From positions 434,001-498,000 of the forward strand of contig JBEWZL010000152.1 of the NCBI GenBank assembly GCA_045837725.1: a DNA stretch of 64,000 bases. Direction: 5' to 3'. Below are positions 1-10,801 of the stretch, in pieces. The notes beneath the pieces are model-generated. The model worked only from the letters and a program-made list of their open reading frames with translations. It was not told the DNA's origin and did no database searches. Each line of letters opens with the position of its first letter. Position 1 is the first letter of the stretch. The position numbers and the translations under genes are program-made. The DNA is from Vermamoeba vermiformis (lineage: Eukaryota).

Positions 1-1028
1 CTCGTCCAAGTGCTCAAAATTGACTTGTCCGCGCTCCTCTGCGATGTGTATGTTGTCCGACTGATCTGCCAATATCTCCGCGGCAATGCGCTGTGCCTCG
101 TGCTCCAACTTCTTGTAGCTGGGATCGCTCTTGTTGATCACACTCGTGTAGATCTCCTCGCGGAAGGTGCTCTTCACGCCAAACTTGCGCTGATTCACTT
201 CGAACTGGTCCCAACTGCCCGTAGTGTGCGCACCTTCGTCGAACTCCAGACTCGCGTGACTGGCAATGGGCGGATCCAGCTTGAACGGCACGAACTGTTT
301 CTCGTGCAGATTGCGTCGCTTGGAGATACCGACGTCCGTGAACTCGTCGTTGTACTCGTCGTGGTAGTCGTACTCGTCGCCGCGCAGTTCCACGCCCTCG
401 CTCTTCACTGCCTCCTCGCGCACGAACAGCCCGCCCTGGCCCTCGTGATACAGCGCGTGCAGGCCACTGTCTGCGCCCACCACATCGACCTCGCGCGCCA
501 CGATCTGCACCACCTCCTCGCCACTCAACAGCACTCGTGCCGCAGGACGAGCCAGCACGTCACTCTTCTTGCGCGCCCAGGACAGCACCACGGCCAGTGC
601 GCCGATGGGCTGTTGCGCACGTGACTTGGCCGCAGCGAGCAGTGCAGCAGGATCCGCGCCACTGCCAAAGTCGACGAGCAGCTCGTTGTAGTTGTGCGGC
701 GAAGAGAGTCCTACGGTGTGGAAGTGTCCCTCCCAGATCTGCTGGTCACGTGTCTGCACTTCCACGCGCTGACCCTGCACCTTATTGTAAGGACCAGGTA
801 CATATATATATATGGCGCGTGCTGGACTTACAATGAAGCTCAACGCGATGAATAACATGCGCTCTAAGTTCCGATCAGCTGACTTGTCTTGATCCGTTCT
901 GAAAGCAGTTTCAAAATTAATTTTAAAAATCATATTGACTCTATATAACGCATTTGTATTGTCGCTACATACTTGTGATCATTTGTCTTCTTATCCACAT
1001 TATTTTTATTTTTCTGTGCTTTGCTCAT
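1..1028 (-). CDS. ATXN2: Ataxin-2/Pbp1-like RNA-binding protein (Sm-ATX + LsmAD), multi-exon, 3' end runs off the window
   Basis: Minus-strand translation gives an Sm-like segment GQRVEVQTRDQQIWEGHFHTV...AVVLSWARKK, then DEFTDVGISK and the LsmAD motif WDQFEVNQRKFGVKSTFREEIYTSVINKSDPSYKKLEHEAQRIAAEI...NIHIAEERG. ATG at 1028 is followed by GT-AG introns. Confidence 0.85.
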
Positions 1029-1145
1029 TGTAAGTCATATGGAGTGTAATAGTCTCGCTGAATCACTGACTGAGATAATAATATAAATAATAATAATTAA
1101 TATACAAAAGTTGTTAGTGTCTGGTGCTGGTCTAATTACACAAAA

Positions 1146-1928
1146 ATGAATGAAGCAGATCCAAGCCGCACACTCGTTTTATCGATAAGACACGAACACA
1201 ACATCGAATAGCACCCACTGTGTCCTTGTATATTAGTTTTATTATAAGCCCTATCAGCTTGAAAGTCACAGATGGACGCATTCCAATCAATTAAGGCAAG
1301 TTCGACAGCTCCGTCAACACGCAAGCTTACACGACGACCAAAATTCAATATAATGCGCCAATATTAATAACGATATTAGGGCTCATCGTGGCTAATGTTG
1401 GTGCTCGTAGCAGTGCTGTGGGGCGTGACCAATCCGCTCATGAAGCGCGGCAGCAGCGGCATTGCGAGTGAGCGCGCAGACAAGCCCAAGTCCAAGTATA
1501 TAATAGTGCGCCTATTCTCTGATCTCCTCGATCTGTTCACTCGTCCCCTCTACTTGCTCTCATTCGCGGTGAATATGATCGGATCTGTCTTGTTCATTCT
1601 CTCGCTGTCCACACTCGGTACTCGTTGCCTATCATAGCTATATATGTACGTGTGTCTAACGCGCAGCAGACATCTCGCTGAGCACACCACTGACCAATTC
1701 ACTCACCTTCTTGTTCACCACCATCACTTCGCGACTGCTCGGCGAACAAGCGCTCAATACATGCAAGTGATTGTATATATATAATGTGATTATATGACTA
1801 TGATTATTATACTATGATGATATCAATATGATGGAACATCCGTACTTACTGATCGCACGACAGATTCAGTGCTGGGCATGATCAGCGTGCTGATTGGTGT
1901 CACTATTTGTGTCAGCAGCAAAGTGTGA
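1146..1928 (+). CDS. TMEM234: TMEM234-like small multi-pass membrane protein (first exon tentative)
   Basis: LVAVLWGVTNPLMKRGS...DISLSTPLTNSLTFLFT...LGMISVLIGVTICV. Stop TGA at 1926-1928. The last intron appears to be GC-AG (1763-1863). Confidence 0.8.
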
Positions 1929-1978
1929 AAGAAGAAATTGCCTTATTTGTACAGTAACATAAATATCTGCAAACACCC

Positions 1979-3754
1979 TCACTTGGACGGTCGAGTGAGC
2001 CGATAAAACAGTGCCACAAACACCATGAGCCAGAGTGCCAGCAGTGCCACCGTGAACACGTGGCGTGTGTTGAGTGCATCACGTGCCTGCAGCGCGTACC
2101 CCGTGAGCTGATTTTCACTGAACGCGAGCAGATCTGTCACACCATCGCCGTTCACATCACCGAGCTGCAAATCAGTCACGTGCTCGTCCATGCGCACACT
2201 GGCCACGTGATCACCGCGCACACCATCTACCAGGGTCAGATGCGGTCCTTGCGCGGCTATTAATAGATTTGTCTCGGGCACGAGATGCAGTTGCGGCACA
2301 ACGTTCACTGAACGTATCTCGCGCAGCGTCACGTGCCACAGACTGGTGCCGTGACTGTTCACTGAACGCAATTCTCCGTCGCTCGTCAGCACTGTCACGT
2401 GACTGACTCCCGCGTGCCGATAGATGACAGGTGGTGCCGCACTGAGAGGCACGTGACTGCGCGGACAGAGTGACACGTTGAACAGCTGTCGCACGTGTGA
2501 CACGAGTGCTGTCTCGACCACCAGCGCGCACTCAGTCACGTGCACGGACTCGAGCGTGAGATCGTGATTCAAGTCCACGTGCAGCTGGCGTGGGGCGAGT
2601 GGCACGTGGCACAGTGGCAGTCCTGTGTAGTAGTGCAGCAGATGCATGCCTAAATATGGATATAGTGAGCATCAACGGCGTAAAAATTGGTGCAAACCTT
2701 GCGCGTGATGCAGCACGAGGGTGTTGGCAGGTGGCACTGCTGTCAATTTGTTCCGCACCAGTCCCACCAGTGCCAGTGCGGTGTCACTCGGCTCGTACCA
2801 GCGATGCACGTGCAGACCATGCATCGGATCAGTGCCGCGCTGGTCCTGTATGCCATATAAGGCAGGTGTGAAGGACTGACAGTTGACATCTTGATCCACG
2901 TGACCGCGCCCCGACATGGCGCGTTGAATCTTCCAGTTGACGTCGCTCATTTTGACCCGCGTGTCGTGCTATAAATAGAACACAGTTATTCCGCTGTCCG
3001 CAGCACGTGACCAGTACTTGCCTGGCGCTCAGTGTCGTGCACGTGCTCGTCGTCGCGTTCATTGAACTCCCATCTGATGGCACCAGTGCGTCCGTCCAAT
3101 CCGCGACACTGCCAGCCACTCTCTGCAGTCACGTGCTCGCTCTGATCACGTGCGCAGATCACCACCGCTCCTTCGTCGAACTTTCGCAAAGACTTGTCCG
3201 TGATGAGCGCAGTCACGTGGAGGTGTGGCGAGACAGCATTGAGCGCGAGACTGCTGGTCCAGATCAGTGCCAGCACGTGATTGTAACAAAATATCTCCGC
3301 ACGAGAGGTCACCACGATCACGTGCTCAGGACTGCCGGCACGGAACGAGCCCGAAGTGATTAGCAGAGGTTGACCGTGCTCTGCGGGCAACTGTTTGACA
3401 TGTGTCACGTGCAGCGAGGTGTTGACAGCGAACACAGTGAGCACGTGACGCACTGTACTGGATGTGGCTTGTTCATCGGTGTAACGACGCACCGCGAGCA
3501 CCTCTCGCTTGCCATCACCATCCACATCACTAATATGCACCAATCTGGTCGTAGCGGTGGTTAGTGGTATTTAAGTGCAGCATTAATATATTGGTAGTAT
3601 TTTTTAAATTAATTAATTGCCTGTAGCCTACTTACTGCGATGATAATAAAGGAACTTTAAATAATGGCTCAATGTGATATCGTGTTGAATATTGCAATAA
3701 TAATAGCGCCCCGGTAAGCGAGGCGAGTAGAACCACTAGATCTGCTGCTTTCAT
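1979..3754 (-). CDS. FG-GAP repeat membrane protein (N-terminal signal/anchor, C-terminal TM helix)
   Basis: N-terminus MKAADLVVLLASLTGALLLLQY. FG-GAP Ca-binding motifs SDVDGDGKREVL and GDVNGDGVTDLL. C-terminal hydrophobic helix VFTVALLALWLMVFVALFY. Confidence 0.75.
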
Positions 3755-3856
3755 TGCCTTAGTTGTCTATTTACATTACATATAGGGTTGTAGCGTGTTC
3801 ATTATTGAGCTAAAATATATTTATTTACAATTAAACATGACCGCGTCCACACCTGT

Positions 3857-5436
3857 TCACGAAATTTCAAAGCACGTGACTTGACCATCGCGCGTGCCCA
3901 CAAACAACAGGGACTGTTCGACGTGCTTGACCGAGCTAAAAATAGGGTGGACTGAGCTGTTGACGAGCTCTGCCACGTGCTGACTCTCGAGTGCATTCCA
4001 AATATAGGCAGTGCCATCAGCTGTCGTCACTGCCACATTGTACGCATCACGCGATATGACACCTGTCACTGAGGCGGGTTGATGACGTGTCGCGTGGAGT
4101 GGAGTCTGCGTCTGTCGCTTGTCCCACGTGACGACAGCACCGTCTGTTTGCCAAATTAGTGCATATCTAGCCGATCGATCGATCTTACCTTCGTGTCCTG
4201 CAACGAGATAGTGGTCTCCCAGCGAGGTACAGCAATTAGCTGGAGATCGGTCGTTGACACGTGTCAAGGTGCTCACTCGATCACGTGATCGCAGATCAAA
4301 CAAGTAAACATTGCCATTGTTCGCTGCTGCTATTAATAGCTTGTCCTCGGTGCTGACATCTCTGCTGTCACGTGCTGGGCCCGCAGAGTGGTGGTGCGTG
4401 TCAATGCAGCACTGATTGACAGCTGTCAACTCCTCCGCGCTGAACACGTGAATGACACTCTGTGACGGCACGTCAAACAGTCGCACTGTGCCATCACGCG
4501 AGCTCGTCACGAGATTGCGTCCTCGATCGATCAGCGCACTGGACAGCACTGCTTGCGTGTGACCGCGGAGCGTGGCGGCGGGTTCATCGAAGCTGATCGG
4601 GGACTCCGTTTGACGCGTGTCATCCGTGTCAATGTCCAGCAACGACCAAATCTTGACCAGCGTGTCGCTGCCACACGTGAGTGCCACCACGCCACTCGGG
4701 AACAGCCGTATGCTATTTATAGGTCCTGCGTGGGCTTTGGTGACACGCGATACCAATCGACTGGCAGGCTGATCAGCATTGCCTAAATTGGACAAATCGA
4801 GCACGGAGAATCCTCCGAGATTGTAAGTGACCTCGCGCACCAGTCCAAATTTGTCTTTGTTCTTGCGCGGATGTGCAAACTCTTCACTCACCACGAGCAC
4901 ACTGCCTGGGAGATGATGAGTATGCACTCTGATTATATACAAGGTGTCTATTAGCACCTACCTTGCTGATCGATGCTGTAAATAGGCTTGTTCGTGCGAT
5001 ACACTTCTCGTACGGGAGAGCGGAACAAATAATCACGTGACTGGCCCTGGTAGACAGTACCCACTCGCAGCTCATGCCACAGTCGCGAGTGCCAATGTCT
5101 TGGTGTCGCGTGGCATGCAGTGAGCTCAGTGTGCAGCTTCTGCAGCATATCTTCGCGGAATTTCAGCTCTGGATGCACCGCCATAGTGCCTCCTTCTTGT
5201 TGCATTCGATTATGACCGTACACCGTTGTCTTCTGTTCTATAAGATGTATTTAGTATTTCGAGAGTGAGCCCAACAGTCAAATAATTTCGACGAGTCATA
5301 ATTCGTAGTCGAACCTACCAGATGCAGTGTAGCGCACACAGTTCATCCAAAACTGGTCATTACTCGGCGTCGCATACCAGTCAGGCTGCACACTGAACAC
5401 GTGCGGTGAGTACTCGAGGAGTTGTGGTGACGTCAT
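3857..5436 (-). CDS. PAAF1: Proteasomal ATPase-associated factor 1 / Rpn14 (WD40)
   Basis: Exon 1 reads MTSPQLLEYSPHVFSVQPDW...FWMNC. WD repeats AHAGPINSIRLFPSGVVALTCGSDTLVKIWS and GHTQAVLSSALIDRGRNLVTSSRDGTVRLFD match the PAAF1/Rpn14 pattern. Confidence 0.8.
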
Positions 5437-5493
5437 GGTGGGCAGTGAGAATAATAAAACTTAATTTCGCGTGCAACAACACAGCGCATCATT

Positions 5494-5815
5494 ATGAGCG
5501 ACGACAAATCAGCCCCCAAGTCAATCGGTGAGCGCATGAAGCCCCCTAAAGAGGACAGTGGCGTTGGGCGATTGAAATTGAAAGGCGGCATGGTGTTGAA
5601 GAAAAGTGGAAAGAAGTAAGTAATTCAAATAATTATGGCGTATTGAATATTGAAGTATGAAGTGTACTCAAGTGTCTTTTGAATGGCTAATAATTTTTTG
5701 CGCTAGAAAGAGGACTTGGAAAAAAGTAGATCTCGAGAAACATGTTGAGGCTGGCAAGTCCCAAGAAGACTTGCTTGATGATAGAGTGAAGAAGAAGCAC
5801 GACAAATTCTGTTAA
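5494..5815 (+). CDS. 76-aa basic protein with FRG1-like N- and C-terminal motifs (2 exons: 5494-5615, 5707-5815)
   Basis: A clean GTAAG...TAG intron joins MSDDKSAPKSIGERMKPPKEDSGVGRLKLKGGMVLKKSGKK to KRTWKKVDLEKHVEAGKSQEDLLDDRVKKKHDKFC*. AATAAA follows at ~5829. Not in the ORF track. Confidence 0.7.
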
Positions 5816-5881
5816 ATACGCACTTGTAAATAAAATGCCCTCTGCATAGCTTGAGATCTGTTCGTTTATTACTACAGCTGT

Positions 5882-7316
5882 CTACTTGTCCTTAGAGTAC
5901 AAGAAGGCGAGTGAGAACAAGAAGAGTCCTACGAGCATGGAGAAGCAGCTCGCGTAGTAGGGATACGCCGAGGAGATGAATCGCTCGTACTCGTTGTGTC
6001 TGAACGGACGCACGGGCACGGTGGTGCGCAGCGCGAGCTGAGTGTAGCCTGGACGGTGATAGTCGAGCTTGAGTGCGAACACACCGTACACATCGGGCAC
6101 GGTGAAGGTGCTGCTGAACACACCGCTGCTGCTGCTCTTCATGGCTGTGCGCACGAAGGGGTCCACGCGCACAAATTCGAGCTGCAGATCCGAGGCTTGA
6201 TAAGGCACCCACTGCGCGCCATTCCACTCCTTGACTGCCAGCTCCACGGTCAACTCGTCCTTGACGCGGTAGATGGAACGCGGCTCCTTCTCGTCGAGCA
6301 AGTGGTGCGTGAGTTGATTGGCCTGCAACACACCGCGCTCCTTGAACACCCAGGACACGAGTGCATCGACCAGGGCTTGATTGGAGGCCACTTCTTTGTC
6401 GGACTTGGCGTTGAAGTAGCGGTCAGAGAAGAGTGCGAGTGAGCCAGTCAACAAGACGCGCGCATTGTTGCGTGCTTGCATCACGGACACGAGCGAGGGC
6501 ACGCCAATCAGGGGCTGCGTGCTGCTCGAGGGACTGTAGGCGTGTGCAGTGCCCTGCAACACAGAGACCACGCGCTGCGAGGTGACACGGTGCGCAGTGC
6601 CGCGATAGAGCACGGGCGAGATGTGTTGTTTGCCGGCCAAGCTCTTGCCCAACACCACTTCGTTGTTGCGCAGCGAGGGCACGATCTGATTGACACCGAG
6701 TGTGAGCACGCTGTGGTCACCTGCGTGATGAGACACGTGATCGCGGACCAATCCTGCTTCGTCTTCGAATTCTACGCCCAATTCAGCGGCCAACTCGCGG
6801 ATGGGATCACTGGCACCTTCGTCAGCAACGAGCACAAGGTTGTGGCCGTCATCAACAAATTGCAAAATAGATTCTACACCAAGTGAACCACCGAACTCTG
6901 ATAGATGGACAATGAGTATTTTTAAGAACCTGACACGTCAATCTTGCGCTCAAAACTTACCTTCAACTTTAGAAGAGAAAATAATTAAGTGATCATATTG
7001 ATATTCACCAAACTTAGTCAAAGCCAATCTAGAGTCATCAGCAGCATAAAAGGAGAGTTGATAACCACGAGCTAAAACAAAAAATTATTAAAATTGGAAA
7101 TTTTTCCTTTTGTTAGTGCATTTAATAATATTATTCGTTGCTTGTAGTACTTTAATAATATTTAAATATCGTACCCGATAAGCTGTGGAAAAACAGGGAG
7201 TGCGTTTGTTGGGTGGACGAATCATCCAACAACACCAACACTCTGTTGCCTTCTGCGCTGCCAGCGACAACTAAGCCAACGCAAAATAGCGCCAACGTAA
7301 CAATAATGGCCTTCAT
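5882..7316 (-). CDS. DDOST: Oligosaccharyltransferase 48-kDa subunit (OST48/Wbp1)
   Basis: Signal peptide MKAIIVTLALFCVGLVVA, then RVLVLLDD, QARNNARV, LEFVRVDPFVR, PDVYGVF, VRPFRHNEYERFISSAYPYYASCFSM and a C-terminal TM helix. Confidence 0.95.
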
Positions 7317-7507
7317 GTTATTGCGAATACGGTAGTAGAATCATGCAAAAATATCTGGTGTGTTGAGCGGTCAACGGTGGTCAAAGCGTTCTCTCGCCAG
7401 TGCAGCTCGCGATATGACCAGCAGAGTGGGCCTGAATTCCGGCGAAAGTTCTCTAATGAGGCCGGGAAACAAATCATTTTTCTTCAACTACTGACTTATC
7501 AACCACC

Positions 7508-9352
7508 ATGTTGCGTCAAGTTGTGTCGCTTTTAAAGTCAAGCACCCGATCCACCGCTTTCAAGGTCGCGACTCTTCCTTAAATTGACTTGCAATCATTA
7601 CTGACGGAAATTTATTCAGGCTAGCTCCACTCGCCGTTACTCAGGCAATTCTATCCGTTCATCAAAGAAGGTTCTTAATTCAGCGGAGGAAGCTGTGGCT
7701 GATATTAATGACGGATCTACTTTGTAAGTGCCGTAATTTGTGGCAAAAAATTGGTTGATTAATATTGTCGTGATTGTTTATTATTATTACTATTTTTCAA
7801 CAATAATTAATGATATGTATAAATTTGGTTCTTGACATGTCACTCCCCCTCGCGATTATTTTGACCGAAAATAGCAACGATTGACTGACACGTGTTGACA
7901 GGTTGGTGGGTGGCTTCGGCTTGTGCGGTATACCCGAAAATCTGATCAAAGCCCTCAAGTCGCGCGGCACCAAGCAACTGACCGTCGTGTCGAACAATGC
8001 AGGCGTGGAGGACTTTGGCCTCGGTGTCTTGTTGCAGTCGCGCCAAGTCAAGCGCATGGTGGCCAGTTACGTCGGCGAGAACCCCTTGTTTGAGCGACAG
8101 TACCTCTCTGGCCAGCTCGAACTCGAACTCACGCCGCAGGGCTCGCTGGCGGAACGATTGCGCGCAGGAGGTGCAGGCATCCCAGCCTTCTACACGCCCA
8201 CTGGTGTCGGCACCTACGTCGAGCACGGAGGCTGGCCCATTCTGTACGAGCCCAACGACCCTGCCACCAGCAAGGACCCCAAGGTACTCATTGCCTCCGA
8301 GCCGCGGCCCGTGGCTGAATTCGATGGCCGCAAGTACCTGTTAGAGCGTGCCATTCGCGGTGATTTTGGCCTGGTCAAGGCGTGGAAAGCAGACACGAGT
8401 GGCAACTTGGTGTTCAGATTGACGGCACGCAACTTCAATCCCCCCATGGCCATGGCAGCACGCGTCACCATCGCGGAGGTCGAGGAGATTGTACCTGCTG
8501 GCACACTGCAGCCCGATGAAATTCACGTGCCCTCCATCTACGTGCACCGCGTGATCAAGGGCGACAAGTACGAGAAGCGCATTGAACGTCTGACGCTCAG
8601 TCAAGTGACGAGCGAGGCCAAGAAGAGCAAGCCCGACGATCTCAAGCGCGAGTTGATTGCGCGACGTGCGGCCCTGGAGTTCGAGGACGGCATGTACTGC
8701 AATCTCGGTATTGGCATCCCCACCCTGGCCTCGAACTACATCAGCAAGGACATTCACATCGTGCTGCAGTCTGAGAACGGTCTGTTGGGTCTCGGTCCTT
8801 ATCCGCAACCGGGTCAACAAGACGCAGATCTGATCAATGCTGGCAAAGAGACAGTCACCACCATTCCTGGCAGCGCGATCTTCTCCAGCTCTGATTCATT
8901 CGCCATGATTCGAGGGTGAGTCGTTATCGGCTAGATATATATAGACAACTATCAGTGACTAACTCCTGCGCAGCGGTCACGTGGATCTGACCATTCTCGG
9001 TGCCATGCAAGTGTCGCGCACGGGTGACTTGGCCAATTGGGTCATTCCTGGCAAGCGTGTGAAGGGCCCTGGTGGAGCGATTGACTTGACAGCTTCGGGC
9101 TCACGTGTCGTGGTGGTGATGGAACACACTGCCAAGAACGACGAGCACAAGATCTTGGAACAGTGCTCACTGCCCCTCACTGGCCAGCGATGTGTGGATC
9201 GCATCATCACTGACTTGGCGGTGTTCGACGTTACAGATCAGGGCTTGCTGCTGATTGAACTCCGCGAGGGTGTTTCGCTCGATGAGGTCAAGAAGAAGAC
9301 TGGATGTGCCTTCAATGTATCACCAAATCTGACCAAGATCAAATACGCTTAA
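7508..9352 (+). CDS. OXCT1: Succinyl-CoA:3-ketoacid CoA transferase, mitochondrial
   Basis: [51 protein letters not shown], catalytic LQSENG and [11 protein letters not shown]. Basic N-terminal transit-like exon from ATG 7508. Confidence 0.95.
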
Positions 9353-9640
9353 ATACTGGCAATGTAAAAATACTAAATATCTATTATCTCACATTCAATT
9401 CTGCACTCATCCTACCGCTTCTTTTGACTGTCACAACAAATTTTTAAGGTGATTGTGTAAAGGTCGGGTGCATGACCAGAGACATTGCTCTGTCCAGGGT
9501 CGCTGCATCTGCTGATGTTAGTAATTAACTAAATTACGCCAAACTCGGCCATTAGCACCAGCGGATCCAAAAAGTACCAATATTGGCATCAGGAGGCTTT
9601 GGGATAATTCCTGGAGGCTGAAAATGGCAATGTTCTGCAA

Positions 9641-9860
9641 AGAACTTAAGTACTAGAACTTTTTCTATTGGCGCTACGCTTGGAAACACCTAGACCTATC
9701 ACTATCTAACAAGAAAATATAAGTAATCATCAAAGATAATGTAGTGTACAGAACTTAACCCTGGAACTTTGTTCTGTTTGGGGCAATACCGCTTAAACTT
9801 TGAAAATACCTAGAACTATCACTACATAATATGCAGATATAGTAATTATCCAAGACATAT
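9641..9860. repeat. Imperfect direct duplication, two copies of ~100-110 bp
   Basis: Copy 1 (9641-9740): agaacttaag...gaaacacctagacctatcactatctaa...aagtaatcatcaaagata. Copy 2 (9750-9860): agaacttaacc...gaaaatacctagaactatcactacataa...agtaattatccaagaca. Confidence 0.75.
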
Positions 9861-10115
9861 TAATTCAATTTGTGAATTTACAGCGTTAAGTATGAACCAA
9901 ACAACCAGCACATGTTTGGTACAACACAACTATACGTATTTTATGCAACACTGAAGTTTGGCTACAATTCATTGTCACCTAGCTATCCAATTTTTTTTTT
10001 GATTCCATACTTTTCTACTTTATGGTGTATGGTCGGCAGACAAGCAGTCCATGGCAGACATCCAATTTTTGCCGACAGGATGTGCACTGATAGCTAGGCA
10101 ACAGCAGTGCAACCA

Positions 10116-10247
10116 CTGTTAAGGGTCTAATGATGCTGAATTGGTTTGCAGAGTGTCATTTTAACAGGATTTGGTCATGACATTGGAACAGTGACACTCT
10201 GCAGACCTCGCGGCAATAACCTTTAACAGCAAGGGTCTCCTTTTTTT
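10116..10247 (+). ncRNA. Candidate structured RNA: 114-nt fold-back followed by a T7 run
   Basis: Perfect 12-bp inverted repeat tgcagagtgtca (10147-10158) / tgacactctgca (10192-10203), extended by ctgttaagggt (10116) / acctttaacag (10219-10229). Several mismatches are G-U wobbles on the + strand. T run at 10241-10247. Family unknown. Confidence 0.3.
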
Positions 10248-10801
10248 CATGGGTAGCTTGTTCCCACTGTTGATTTGCTTGCTAACCTCCAGGGTAGGGG
10301 AGTTTGGAATGTTCTCACAGAACTATGCATGGATAGCATTAGGCGCTGATAGCACCCTCAGGTGGCCCAAAATCCTTTCCAAGTATGAGAATCAGCTTTT
10401 GCAATCTCCAGGGAAGCTGATGGGAAGATGGCCAGTCCAGCTTGGCTGGCGTTTCATTATACCCAGAGGTAGCCCGTATCACGTTTATTATAATCAAAGG
10501 GTGTCTTTCAAACCCTCCAGATATACTTATCTCGAAGTTTTTGTCCAGGACAACATGTCCAGGCCAGATAACTTAGCCTGGCTGGTAGTAGTATCACACA
10601 CCGGCTGGCTATGTCATCCACACTGGATTGGCCATCCTCCATATAGTATTACCATAAAACATTAGATTGGATAAAGCTTTCAGCATTCTGTACATAGGAT
10701 TGCCAATCCGTTCCAAAATGTTCTTTACGGCAAACTCCTCTTGCTAATGTCTTGGATAACACCACCAGCTTCTTACACAAAATTCGTATTTACATTTGAT
10801 T

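Noticed and set aside
10-624. 204-aa + strand ORF, and many similar antisense ORFs in the track
   Set aside because: Shadow of the minus-strand ataxin-2-like exon. GC-rich coding DNA leaves open antisense frames throughout the window.
9750-9765. cttaaccctgg as a telomerase RNA template
   Set aside because: Does not give 1.5 copies of a telomeric repeat such as CTAACCCTAA. Too short to support the claim.
10249-10665. 138-aa ORF in the non-coding island as a gene or transposase relic
   Set aside because: No recognisable motif and atypical codon usage. The reverse frame I translated has several stops.
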